Assembly (NCBI GenBank): GCA_964437745.1
Contig: CAYTHZ010000001.1
Coordinates: 1 to 33,481, forward strand
Direction of reading: 5' to 3'
DNA from: an uncultured Candidatus Saccharibacteria bacterium
GTDB taxonomy: Bacteria > Patescibacteriota > Minisyncoccia > UBA6257 > CAYTHZ01
Length of the DNA: 33,481 nt
A program made the position numbers and the translations under genes. Shown here one piece after another: positions 8,002-17,260 of this stretch (positions are counted from its first letter, which is position 1; every line of letters starts with the position of its first letter). The notes below the pieces were generated by a model. That model did no database searches. It saw only the letters and a list, made by a program, of their open reading frames with translations, and was not told where the DNA came from.

Positions 8002-8931
8002 TTATTTTATAATTGTCGGAACTCTTAAATCTTTTGGTCCCCAGCCGGAAAGTTTTAACAGGGGATATTCCTTTTTTATTCTTTCAACTATTTCCGCGGC
8101 AGCGCGCACGTCTTTTCGTTTGTGTTCTGCCAAGTCTTTTTCTGTCCAAGTTTGGCAAAGATTATATACCCCGATTCCCGGCGTTCCTTTTTCAAATTTG
8201 AAATATGCGGGAGAGCATATTCTGGCTAGCTCGGGCGCTTCAGAAATCCTGTCGTATGGTTTGGCTATTAATTCAAAACGTCCGTTTGTATTCGGTCCCT
8301 CAAGAGCCAATTGCCAGAAAGTGATATGAATATCCATCGTGGCATTAATAGCCGCGCGGATTTTTGAAAGATTTTTAAGCGTTAATCCGTTGGCGGTATT
8401 AATAGTATCGGCGTTTTTATTTTCAGCGTCCACAAAGTCGTAAACATTCATATTATTAGCAAACGTGGAAACTTTAAATATTGTGTCCGTCGGAATAATC
8501 CGAGTCGTGCGCATTATGTGCAAGTAAGGAAGCAGGCTTTTGTTCCAAACCAGAAATCCTTTAAAACCCAAATCAGCGCATCGCTTTACTTCTTTCAGGT
8601 AGTCTTCAACGCTTTCGGAATCTTCCCAGTTTAACGCCGTGAAAATTTTATTTATGTCTTCAAAAACCGCGCCGCAAAGTTTGTGCGGGCAGATAATCAC
8701 CTCCACTTTATTTTCGCGGGCGATTTTTGCCAAATCTTTTAAATCTTTATTGTTCCAATAATATGAGCCTTTTACCGTTGAAATCGCGCGATGAATCGGA
8801 ATTCCGAGTTTTTTGGCTTCGTCAATTACCGCTTCCAAAATTCCCGGAGTTTCCATTCCTGAAACCTCAATCCGATAATGGCATCCGTCGGGAAATTTCT
8901 TTTCTGAATCGGGCAGTATATTTTTTTTCAT
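8002..8931 (-). CDS. Hypothetical protein (alternating beta/alpha pattern, possibly TIM-barrel-like), immediately upstream of panB
   Basis: 309-aa ORF with GGAGGAG SD. Its stop lies 14 nt before the panB start. No family recognised with confidence. Confidence 0.5.
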   Translation of the reverse strand: MKKNILPDSEKKFPDGCHYRIEVSGMETPGILEAVIDEAKKLGIPIHRAISTVKGSYYWNNKDLKDLAKIARENKVEVIICPHKLCGAVFEDINKIFTALNWEDSESVEDYLKEVKRCADLGFKGFLVWNKSLLPYLHIMRTTRIIPTDTIFKVSTFANNMNVYDFVDAENKNADTINTANGLTLKNLSKIRAAINATMDIHITFWQLALEGPNTNGRFELIAKPYDRISEAPELARICSPAYFKFEKGTPGIGVYNLCQTWTEKDLAEHKRKDVRAAAEIVERIKKEYPLLKLSGWGPKDLRVPTIIK

Positions 8932-9060
8932 TTCTCCTCCATTTTTTAAATTATTAAAGATTTTTAATCTAAATATGATATAACATATAATTAATAAAAA
9001 TACAATAGTTGCAATTCATAAAATTTGTTAATTTTTTTTAATGTTATTTTACAAGAGGTT

Positions 9061-10308
9061 TTATGGAGCTGTTGCGTATATGATTTCGCTTTTATTGTTG
9101 TTTTCGTTTGATTCCGATATTTTGCGCAAAGGATCGGCTATGACTTGCAGGCGGTAATTTCCCGGATATCTGGGAATCCATATGAATTGGCCGGCCTCTT
9201 TTGATTCTTTAGAATTAAGTCCACTGATTGATAAAGTCATTATATGTTGGTAGTTCGCGTATAGGGTTAAATCAATTACTCCGGAATAAGGACCTTCTCC
9301 TTGGTTAGAAATCATGATGTTTCCCATATATCCGCTTACCGCTGAAGCATATGTCATATGGAAATTAGAAAGAATAAAATCGGGCATAGGAATTTCAAAA
9401 TTAATATATATAGAATTATTGCCTTCATTGGCTTCGGTAATATTATTATTCGGGTCAAGAAAAATTCTTAATTGATGCTTTCCGGGCTGAAGATTGGTTA
9501 AATTATAATTGAATATGACGGGATTTTTCGCTTGGGAAAAGCCGGCTATCTCGCCGCCGTTTTTATTTATAATAAATTGATTGTCTATAAAAAGCGCGGC
9601 TTGAAAATTATCAACTCCGGCATTGCCCGCGTTTTGAGCGTATGCGGTGATTATTAGCGGCTGGTTTGGCTGGATTATTTTTGGTTCAATTATAACATCT
9701 TCATTTCTTAAAAATAAATCATAAGTTTTGTAAGTCCCGGATCCGCTGCTAAAAGATGAATATTTACAAGAGCCGTCGCTATATTTTGCCGACGAATCAT
9801 AATTTAAGGCATTCGGATCATTGCATCCTCCTTTGATAATTTCGTACTTACAAGAACCGTCGTTAAAATTAGCGTTGGGATTATAATTTGTTGCTTTAGT
9901 GTCTGTGCAGCCGCGAGTTGATTTATTTTGGCTTATTGGCGCTGGCGTCGGACTGGCAGGCGTTTTTATTGTTGAAGAATATTTACAACTGCCATCGTCT
10001 TTTCCAGCCCAAGCGTTATAATTAAGCGCTTTGCGGTCCGCGCATCCGTAAGTTATATAAGGTGTTGGTTTTGGGGGAGATAGCGGCTGATTGGCGGCAG
10101 GCTTTTGCTTTTGATTGGGCGCGCTGATATCGGATGTTGAGTTGGATAAAAAACCTAAAATCTGCGTAGATGTCGCGCTTGAATTTGGTTTTGTGCGGGG
10201 TCCGGAAAGCGAAATTGCTATGCCGAAAACAGCGGCTGTTAAAGCGATTAATAAGATAGCTATTCCCGCGTTTCCTTTGTGGTTTAATTGCGATAAGTGA
10301 AATTTCAT
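9061..10308 (-). CDS. Membrane-anchored/secreted protein with three Cys-repeat modules and CARDB-like domains
   Basis: N-terminal TM helix. Three copies of GCxDxxAxNYxxxAxxxDGSCKY. The C-terminal half has NAGNAGVDNF and EANEGNNS / ESNENNN motifs typical of CARDB domains. Confidence 0.65.
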   Translation of the reverse strand: MKFHLSQLNHKGNAGIAILLIALTAAVFGIAISLSGPRTKPNSSATSTQILGFLSNSTSDISAPNQKQKPAANQPLSPPKPTPYITYGCADRKALNYNAWAGKDDGSCKYSSTIKTPASPTPAPISQNKSTRGCTDTKATNYNPNANFNDGSCKYEIIKGGCNDPNALNYDSSAKYSDGSCKYSSFSSGSGTYKTYDLFLRNEDVIIEPKIIQPNQPLIITAYAQNAGNAGVDNFQAALFIDNQFIINKNGGEIAGFSQAKNPVIFNYNLTNLQPGKHQLRIFLDPNNNITEANEGNNSIYINFEIPMPDFILSNFHMTYASAVSGYMGNIMISNQGEGPYSGVIDLTLYANYQHIMTLSISGLNSKESKEAGQFIWIPRYPGNYRLQVIADPLRKISESNENNNKSEIIYATAP

Positions 10309-10535
10309 ATCGTTATTCTATCATTGATGATTGATAATAACAAGAATTTGCTAGCATAATTTGTCAATAAAAATATAAAAATATGAACGAAAATTCTCGC
10401 AAAATTTATATATAATATTGATTTTCTTTAAAAGCGGTGTTTTAATAATATTTTAGTATTAACAAATTAATATTTTATCAATAAAACTCATTTTGAATAT
10501 TGAATTTAACAAAAATATTAAAATTTAAATTTATT

Positions 10536-11915
10536 ATGGTTGATAAAGCTAAAGAAAAAAGAATAATGGATCAGAGGACGGGGGAACTGAAATCGCCGTT
10601 GTCATCCGGCCGTTCGGACAAGTACGCGGAAAATTACAAGCTGTGGCAAGCCTTGAGTTTTTGTCATAAAGAAGCTTTGGGGGACGGTTTAGATTATTTT
10701 GACGGCGCTAAAGATAAAATTAATACCGAAACAATTTTAGGCAAATCGGCTAAAAAGCCGTTGATATTGGAAAGGCCTTTGATTATAGCTGATATGTCTT
10801 TTGGCGCGCTGTCGGAAACAATAAAATTGGCTTTTGCCAAAGGCGCGACTGAAGCGGGGATTGCCGCTTCAACAGGAGAAGGAGGAATTCTTCCAGGCGA
10901 AAAAGAATCCGCGAGAAAATTAATTGTTCAGTATTCCACCGGACGCTTTGGCTGGCCGGAAAGATTGGAAAAATATAATTATTGGCTTCGTGAAGTTCAA
11001 CAACTTGACAAGCGCGGATGGGCGAATATAGACAAAACCGATTCAATATATAAAGAATTAACCGAGACATGCAAAGAATATGCCGGCGGCTGCGCCGCTT
11101 TGTGTTTTAAATTCGGACAAGGCGCGAAACCGGGACAGGGCGGTTTGCTTTGCGCGGACAAAGTGACCGAAAGAATTGCCGAAATCCGCAAGATTGAAAA
11201 AGGAAAAAACTGCCATTCGCCGGCAGGCCATTATGATATTAAGAGCTTTGAAGATTTGAAAGCGAAAATAGATTGGCTGAAAATTGTATCTGACGGCGCT
11301 CCAATAATCATAAAGTTCGGCGCGGGCCATATTGAAAGAGATATTTTACTGGCTATTAAAACGGGAGCGGATATCATTGAGCTTGACGGAGCCGAGGGCG
11401 GCACCGGCGCGTCTCCGGATATAGTACTAAACGAAGTGGGAATTCCCACTATTGCGGCGTTGGCAAGAGCTATAAAATTTTATGAAAAGCTTAAAGCGCG
11501 CGGCCGGGCAACTCCTGAATTGGTGATCGGCGGCGGCATAAAAACCGGAGCGGATATCGCCAAATGTTTGGCTCTTGGCGCCGACGCCGTAATGATTGGT
11601 ATGGGTTTTATGGTTGCCGCCGGCTGCGTGGAATGCGGACTTTGCTATGCCGGAAAATGTCCGAAAGGCATTGCAACGCAGGACGCGGAGCTGGAGAAAA
11701 AATTAGTCCTTGATGAAGCGGCGAAAAAAGTTGCTAATTATGCCATTGGCCTTATAGAGGACGTAAAAATATTAACTGCCGTGGTGGGTAAAAATGCTCT
11801 TCATAAGCTTGGCAAGGAAGATATGGTTTGCGAGCCATCTATTTTAGGAAGGGTGGTTTCAAAGATAACCGGCATTAAGATGTGCAACGAGTCGGAAGAG
11901 ATAGAGATTAATTAA
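10536..11915 (+). CDS. FMN-binding glutamate-synthase-family protein (GltB domain-2 type)
   Basis: PLIIADMSFGALSETIKLAFAKGATEAGIAASTGEGGILPGE, GQGAKPGQGG, ELDGAEGGTGASP and a CxxCxxC...CP cluster. Start uncertain: TTG 10500, ATG 10536 or ATG 10566. Confidence 0.85.
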   Translation: MVDKAKEKRIMDQRTGELKSPLSSGRSDKYAENYKLWQALSFCHKEALGDGLDYFDGAKDKINTETILGKSAKKPLILERPLIIADMSFGALSETIKLAFAKGATEAGIAASTGEGGILPGEKESARKLIVQYSTGRFGWPERLEKYNYWLREVQQLDKRGWANIDKTDSIYKELTETCKEYAGGCAALCFKFGQGAKPGQGGLLCADKVTERIAEIRKIEKGKNCHSPAGHYDIKSFEDLKAKIDWLKIVSDGAPIIIKFGAGHIERDILLAIKTGADIIELDGAEGGTGASPDIVLNEVGIPTIAALARAIKFYEKLKARGRATPELVIGGGIKTGADIAKCLALGADAVMIGMGFMVAAGCVECGLCYAGKCPKGIATQDAELEKKLVLDEAAKKVANYAIGLIEDVKILTAVVGKNALHKLGKEDMVCEPSILGRVVSKITGIKMCNESEEIEIN

Positions 11916-11987
11916 CTAATAATTATTTAAAAAAAGAGGTATTACAAAACACCCCTTTTTTTTAAATCAATAAGATTAAATTTTTTA

Positions 11988-12176
11988 TTATTTTTCAATC
12001 AATTTTTCTAATTCTTTTTCTAATTCTTCAACGGCTTTTTTCCCCGCCTGTTCGGTTAATATCTTATGCCTTCTTAGCGTTTCTTGGTGCGCTTTCATTT
12101 CTTCTTCGCTTAAGGTAATTTTTCCGCCTTTGCCGGTTTTTATTTCGTATTTTTTAGGAATAATTTTCTCTGCCAT
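11988..12176 (-). CDS. Small Lys/Glu-rich hypothetical protein
   Basis: 62-aa ORF downstream of murD on the same strand. No SD and no recognised family. Confidence 0.35.
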   Translation of the reverse strand: MAEKIIPKKYEIKTGKGGKITLSEEEMKAHQETLRRHKILTEQAGKKAVEELEKELEKLIEK

Positions 12177-12208
12177 AATTTAACTTTAAACTTTACAAGC
12201 TTATATTA

Positions 12209-13609
12209 TCACAAATTCCTTTTAAAAGCCAGCCCTCGTTCTTCATAATTTTTAAATTGGTCAAAGCTTGCCGACGCGGGCGAAAACAGAACAATGTCGC
12301 CCTTTTCAGCTTGTTTTTTCGCCATTTTTACCGCTTGTTTTATATTAAAAACAAAAACAATGTCAGGATAAATGTTTTTGAATTGCCGACGCCATAAGGC
12401 GCAATCGCGCAAATTCAATGCTATCTCGCGCTTATTTTCTCCGAATAAAATTATTTTTTTTACAGATGATTTTGTGATTGTTTTGCCAAGATTTTCAAAA
12501 TTAACACCTTTGCTTTGGCCTCCGGTTATTAAAATTATCGGCGCTTGAAAACTTTTAATCGCGGCAATGGTGGCGTCCGGATTGGTAGCCGCGGAATCGT
12601 TATAATATTTTACGCCATTTATATTTTTTACGAATTCCAATCGATGCGGCTGGCCATTAAAATCGTTAACAACTTTTTGGATATTTCTGTTGGAAATTTT
12701 TAAAATTTTGGCGGCAAGGGAAGCGGCAATCATATTTTCCAAATTGTGCTTTCCGGGAATTTTAATTTTAGAAAAATCAATATTTTTCATCATCTCATAT
12801 ATTGAGCGATTGTTTGATGCAGGAGATATTATAGAATCGCCGTTAAATATTATTTTTTGAGACCCCCCGATTTTTTTCAGAATGTTGATTTTTTTATTGT
12901 CTTTATGGATTATCGCAATATCGCCCGGTTTTTGCCAGCGCAAAATATTGGTTTTCGCCTCAAAATATTTTTTTAAATTTTTATGATAATCAAGGTGGTC
13001 TGCTGTTATTTTTAAAACAATCGCAATGTGCGGAGATTTTTTTAAATTCTGCAGCTGAAAACTGGAAAGCTCCATTACTACCCATGATATTGATTCGCGC
13101 GCGGGATTTAAACGCGGATTAATGCAAAAGGTATTTTTATCAACTGTTATTAATTTCGGCAGTATTTCTATGGCCGGCTTGCCAATATTGCCCACTAAAA
13201 ATACTTTTTTCCGGCCGGTTTTCAGCATATTGTATAAAATAGTAGCAACAGTTCCTTTTCCCTTGGTGCCAGTAATCCCGATAATTTTAACGGGGCATAA
13301 ATTAAAAAACAGTTCTGTTGCCGAGCTGATTTTTACGCCGTTTTTTGCGGCATTTTTTATTTCTTTAATATGCGGCAAAACGCCCGGGCTTAAATATATG
13401 ATGTTAAAATCTTTGATATTTTTTAGATAATTTTTTCCTAATCGGAATTGATATTTTGGATATTGCCGGGTATTAATGGCGGGTTCTTGGTCGCAAATAG
13501 TAATGTTTTTACAACCGAGTGTTTTGTATAAAAAATTAGCGAGAGATTTTCCTTCTCTGCCGAATCCTATAATGCCAATATTGCCAATTTTTTTGTAAAT
13601 TTTGAGCAT
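12209..13609 (-). CDS. murD: UDP-N-acetylmuramoylalanine--D-glutamate ligase
   Basis: IGIIGFGREGKS Rossmann start, GITGTKGKGT P-loop, DSAATNP. Start set at MLKIYKK (13609), because the longer ORF to 13726 overlaps arfB. Confidence 0.88.
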   Translation of the reverse strand: MLKIYKKIGNIGIIGFGREGKSLANFLYKTLGCKNITICDQEPAINTRQYPKYQFRLGKNYLKNIKDFNIIYLSPGVLPHIKEIKNAAKNGVKISSATELFFNLCPVKIIGITGTKGKGTVATILYNMLKTGRKKVFLVGNIGKPAIEILPKLITVDKNTFCINPRLNPARESISWVVMELSSFQLQNLKKSPHIAIVLKITADHLDYHKNLKKYFEAKTNILRWQKPGDIAIIHKDNKKINILKKIGGSQKIIFNGDSIISPASNNRSIYEMMKNIDFSKIKIPGKHNLENMIAASLAAKILKISNRNIQKVVNDFNGQPHRLEFVKNINGVKYYNDSAATNPDATIAAIKSFQAPIILITGGQSKGVNFENLGKTITKSSVKKIILFGENKREIALNLRDCALWRRQFKNIYPDIVFVFNIKQAVKMAKKQAEKGDIVLFSPASASFDQFKNYEERGLAFKRNL

Positions 13610-13622
13610 AGCGTGGAAGTAA

Positions 13623-14081
13623 TTAATAATTCCGCCAATTTTTATTCCTTTCTTTTTTCTTTCCTCCTTGTTTCTTTTTTTCTTCAATCCGCCGTTCTTG
13701 GCTGGATTGAGTCGGCTTTGTTTCAATTCTTTCTTTTTGCGGAATCAAAGCCGATTGTACCAGATTATTAAGCCGCATTATGGCGATTTCTTTGTTTTGG
13801 AGTTGAAAACGTTCGTCTTGCGCTTCAATTATTAAATCTCCCTCTTTGTTAATGCGGTTCTTTAGCAAAAATTTAATTTTTTCTTTTTCTTCAGGAGTAA
13901 ATGCCTGCGATTTATCAATATTCCATCGCAACTGTGCTTTGGTTGCCAGCTTGTTTACGTTTTGCCCTCCTTTTCCGGACGACCTAATAAAAGAAATTTC
14001 CAATTCATTTTCCGGAATTAAATTTTCCGTTTTTTCTTTTAACGGGTCCTGTTTTTCAATTTTATATTCAAAGTTTTTCAT
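13623..14081 (-). CDS. arfB: Alternative ribosome-rescue factor / peptidyl-tRNA hydrolase ArfB
   Basis: SSGKGGQNVNKLATKAQLRW (GGQ motif) and a basic C-terminal tail. 152 aa. Confidence 0.85.
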   Translation of the reverse strand: MKNFEYKIEKQDPLKEKTENLIPENELEISFIRSSGKGGQNVNKLATKAQLRWNIDKSQAFTPEEKEKIKFLLKNRINKEGDLIIEAQDERFQLQNKEIAIMRLNNLVQSALIPQKERIETKPTQSSQERRIEEKKKQGGKKKERNKNWRNY

Positions 14082-14090
14082 AAAATTTAA

Positions 14091-15260
14091 TCAAGTTTTG
14101 ATAATTACCAGCGGCACGAGCATTTCTTGGCTTGAAAGTCCGCTATGATTGCTTATGTGTTTGCGTTTTTTTTCATTTATCAGCAAATCTTTAAATTTAT
14201 AATCATCTTTCATTATTAAAGTATAATCGCCGACGCGATGCGCCAGTTTTTCGTTCGGCTTGAATAAACCAAAGTAATGCTTTTTGATTAATTCTTCGCT
14301 TTTATATAATTTACAACAATGTTTGAGTTTTGTTTTAACGTAATTCTCAAAAAATTCGGCTTTACTATGGTAAACATAACAATAAATCGTCCGCGAATCT
14401 CCGCATAATGGAAGCGACAAGCAGCCTTTTAATTTAGGATGATTTTCCAGCCGGATGATTTTATTTTTTGGCACGTCAATCATCCCATGGTCGCCGGTAA
14501 TAATAATTATTGTTTGCGCGTTTTTTATTTCTTTGACAAGATTTTTTAATTTTTTATCCAAAAGCTTTAAATGTTTTACGGCTTTTTTGCTGTTGATTCC
14601 GTGTTTGTGGCCAATATAATCCGGATTCATCCAGTAGGCATAGATATATTTTTTCTTTCCGGAAGATTTAACGGCTTTTTTGATTTGTTTAAAAAATCCA
14701 TTAACATTGCGATAAACAAGCGATTTAGATTTACCGGTTTTGGCTTTGATAGAATCTTTCCGAAAAGAATCGGGATAAATATTAAAAGCGGGAACTTTTA
14801 ATTTATCAAAAAAGCTTTTGGCGCCGATTAATTTTTCGGATTTAATTCCCCACTTGCTAAATGGGATTCCTTTGCCGAGCGGTTCAAATCTTGGCGTTGA
14901 CGGTAAAATCATAGACACCGCGCCCACCTCTTTTAAATTCATATACCAGCCTGTAAATCCGCTCTGTTGGGCGGGCAATCCTGTTAAAAATGTTGTTTCA
15001 GCAGCCGCTGTTGTTGTCGGAAAAACCGATGTTATTTTTCCTTTTAAATTTTCTTTTAAAAAAGTATTTTCGCCGTATTTTAAAAGCCATTCGTAGCCGA
15101 ACCCGTCAAAAATGATCAAAACAATATTGCGACTGTTTTTTAAATTTTCGGGTGGCAGAATAGAGAGGGAATTATAGGGATGTTTTGCGCCAAAAGAACG
15201 GGCTATCGAGCTCATTAAATTTACAATGCCGCTGTTTTTATAGTTAGGGAGAATTTCCAT
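14091..15260 (-). CDS. Alkaline-phosphatase-superfamily protein (type I phosphodiesterase / nucleotide pyrophosphatase-like)
   Basis: IVLIIFDGFGYEWL, VFPTTTAAAETTFLTGLPAQQSGFTGW and ITGDHGM metal-site motifs. Confidence 0.75.
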   Translation of the reverse strand: MEILPNYKNSGIVNLMSSIARSFGAKHPYNSLSILPPENLKNSRNIVLIIFDGFGYEWLLKYGENTFLKENLKGKITSVFPTTTAAAETTFLTGLPAQQSGFTGWYMNLKEVGAVSMILPSTPRFEPLGKGIPFSKWGIKSEKLIGAKSFFDKLKVPAFNIYPDSFRKDSIKAKTGKSKSLVYRNVNGFFKQIKKAVKSSGKKKYIYAYWMNPDYIGHKHGINSKKAVKHLKLLDKKLKNLVKEIKNAQTIIIITGDHGMIDVPKNKIIRLENHPKLKGCLSLPLCGDSRTIYCYVYHSKAEFFENYVKTKLKHCCKLYKSEELIKKHYFGLFKPNEKLAHRVGDYTLIMKDDYKFKDLLINEKKRKHISNHSGLSSQEMLVPLVIIKT

Positions 15261-15262
15261 AA

Positions 15263-16042
15263 TTATTGTAATTTTTCAGCCTCTGTTGTCGGCTCGGCTT
15301 TAGAAGTAAAATTGGAATAAATTTCACCCACTTCGTTTTGTTCGTCAAGCGCTTCAAAAAGTTTTTCTATCTTATTTTTAATTTCCGGGTCGGATATTTC
15401 AATTTCATTTTTAGGAATTAAATCGACGGAGGCGGATTCAATAGGAATATTTTTTTCTTCAAGCGATTTTTTAACTTCCATTAATTTTTCCGGTTTGGTA
15501 AAAATTTCCAAATATTTTTCGTCGCCTTGGACGGCCCATTTAAAATCTTCCGCTCCGGCGTCAATTGACGCCATTTCCAATTCATCTTTGCTAAGCGCCA
15601 AACGCTTTACGCTAAACGCTATAACAATAATTCCTCGTTCTTTAAACATCCATTTAACGCTTCCTATTTCCGCAAGTTTCCCATCATTGATGTTAAGGAT
15701 ATGTTTTATTTCTGCCACTGTCCGGTTTTTGTTATCAGTAATGGCTTTTATTATTATAGCGATTCCTGCCGGTCCGTAAGCTTCGTATATAACTTCTTCA
15801 AGCTGACTGTCCCCAATTTCTCCCGAACCTTTCTTAATCGCTCGCTCAATGGCGTCGTTGGACATATTGAAGGAGCGCGCTTTTTCAATCATCATTCTTA
15901 AAGTCGGATTATCTTGAGGGTCGGCGCCTTTTTTGGCGGCAGCGGAAATAGCCACTGCCATTTTTCCGAAAATTTTGCTTTTCTTGGCGTCGGTTATCGC
16001 TTTTTTGTGTTTAATTTGCGCCCATTTTGAATGCCCGGACAT
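15263..16042 (-). CDS. yebC: YebC/PmpR-family transcriptional regulator
   Basis: MSGHSKWAQIKHKKAITDAKKSKIFGK start at the internal ATG 16042. The upstream part of the ORF overlaps the HAD gene and is not YebC-like. Confidence 0.9.
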   Translation of the reverse strand: MSGHSKWAQIKHKKAITDAKKSKIFGKMAVAISAAAKKGADPQDNPTLRMMIEKARSFNMSNDAIERAIKKGSGEIGDSQLEEVIYEAYGPAGIAIIIKAITDNKNRTVAEIKHILNINDGKLAEIGSVKWMFKERGIIVIAFSVKRLALSKDELEMASIDAGAEDFKWAVQGDEKYLEIFTKPEKLMEVKKSLEEKNIPIESASVDLIPKNEIEISDPEIKNKIEKLFEALDEQNEVGEIYSNFTSKAEPTTEAEKLQ

Positions 16043-16125
16043 ATTTTGGAATATAGAATTTAGTATTTTCCGCCAGCGGCGGATTCGCCCTTCGGCGGAA
16101 GAATTTAGAGTGATTACTATATTTT

Positions 16126-16728
16126 CTATATTTTTATTTTTAATTTCCTCATTTCTTTTTTTAATTGCGCCGGGTTTTGGAATTGAATTGTTTGAAATCC
16201 TAATTTTCGGGCGGATTCTATGTTTCGCAATTGGTCGTCTATAAACAGGCATTCTTGGGCTTTTAGATTAAGTCGTTTCAGCATTAATTTGAAAATTTTC
16301 GGGTCCGGCTTGGCAAGACCGATGTCATAAGACCATAAAATGGAATCAAACAATCCGTCTATTTCATAATGTTTTTTGCAGTAATCAATCCATTCTTTGG
16401 CATGATTGGAAATGACTCCCAAAATATATTTGCCGCGCAGTTTTTTGACTATTTTTTGAGTGCCTCCTATTAAAACAAATTGGTTCCGTAAAGATTTTTT
16501 TATTATTTTTTTGAACTTCAAAGAGATTTTTAACGCCTTAACAATATTATCAAGATATTGATTTTCGCTTATTTCCCCAAGTTTGAATTGCGCCCAATTA
16601 TTCTGGTGCATCGCTATTTCAATTTCTTTGGGTGTCCGTTTTAGGATTTTTGAGAGGGGGAATTGCGCCCACTTTACGCCCTTAATGTAAACTTCCCCGA
16701 TGTCGAATATGACAGCTTTTATCGCCAT
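16126..16728 (-). CDS. HAD-superfamily hydrolase (subfamily IA-like)
   Basis: AVIFDIGEVY motif I, ISNH motif II, LFIDDQLRNIESARKLG motif IV. Confidence 0.8.
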   Translation of the reverse strand: MAIKAVIFDIGEVYIKGVKWAQFPLSKILKRTPKEIEIAMHQNNWAQFKLGEISENQYLDNIVKALKISLKFKKIIKKSLRNQFVLIGGTQKIVKKLRGKYILGVISNHAKEWIDYCKKHYEIDGLFDSILWSYDIGLAKPDPKIFKLMLKRLNLKAQECLFIDDQLRNIESARKLGFQTIQFQNPAQLKKEMRKLKIKI

Positions 16729-16849
16729 AAATTTCTATTAGATAAATTATTTTTACGCTTTTTATCTTATCAGATTTTTAAGGGAATTTCAATTTTAATT
16801 TTAACCAAAACGTCTGTCGAAGTTTTGTGGGGCATCTTATGGCGATTAA

Positions 16850-16897
16850 AGAAAATAAAAAATTAAAGCGCTCCTTTTTCGGGAGCGCTGTTTTTTT
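16850..16897. terminator. Bidirectional hairpin terminator
   Basis: AGCGCTCC (16867-16874) pairs with GGAGCGCT (16882-16889), with T-runs on both strands. It overlaps the stop of the small Cys-rich frame. Confidence 0.6.
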
Positions 16898-17059
16898 GCG
16901 CGCAGGCGCGGTTGCTGACTTCTTGGTATTCAAAATATTCGTATTGGCATTTTGAACAACGCCAATGAATGCCGCAGGCGTTGTATTCGTCATAACACGC
17001 TATAAAATTTTTGCATTTCTTTGCAAAACTTCGTCTTTCTTTTTTGTTTTCTTTTTCAT
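16863..17059 (-). CDS. Candidate small Cys-rich protein needing a -1 frameshift (0-frame 19-aa peptide 17000..17059; -1 frame to 16863)
   Basis: AGGGGG SD 10 nt before ATG 17059. The 0 frame gives MKKKTKKKDEVLQRNAKIL*. The -1 frame (ERRSFAKKCKNFIACYDEYNACGIHWRCSKCQYEYFEYQEVSNRAC...) has no start codon of its own and ends in the terminator. Confidence 0.3.
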
Positions 17060-17260
17060 TGAATGAATGCCCCCTAATTTTTAAAGATTTTTTGGCGTTT
17101 TTTGATTTAACATAATAATTATAATGTTGTCAAGGTTTGTGAGGAGGCGAGAAATAGAGTAAAATAAAAAATATAATCTACTAATTGCAACGAATTTTAT
17201 TATGAATAATAACTAATTTGTCGGCATTCGTTTTATGTTCGTTGACATTAGCGCGCTATA

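Noticed and set aside
7714-8329. Plus-strand ORFs (104, 143 and 62 aa) across panB and its upstream neighbour
   Set aside because: They are antisense to two well-supported genes, and their composition is typical of shadow ORFs.
10500-10535. TTG start for the glutamate-synthase-like gene
   Set aside because: There is no SD, and in-frame ATGs lie 36 and 66 nt downstream. It is kept as an alternative only.
13610-13726. N-terminal 39-aa extension of the murD ORF (ORF track start 13726)
   Set aside because: It overlaps the 3' end of arfB in another frame and is Lys/Arg-rich junk. The MurD Rossmann fold begins right after the internal ATG at 13609.
16043-16252. 70-aa N-terminal extension of the yebC ORF
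   Set aside because: YebC proteins start at MSGHSKW, and the extension overlaps the HAD gene's 3' end.
16778-16993. 71-aa minus-strand ORF in the HAD-gap spacer
   Set aside because: It reads through the bidirectional terminator hairpin, has low-complexity content and no SD. The neighbouring frame with an SD and the Cys-rich continuation is the more plausible coding signal.
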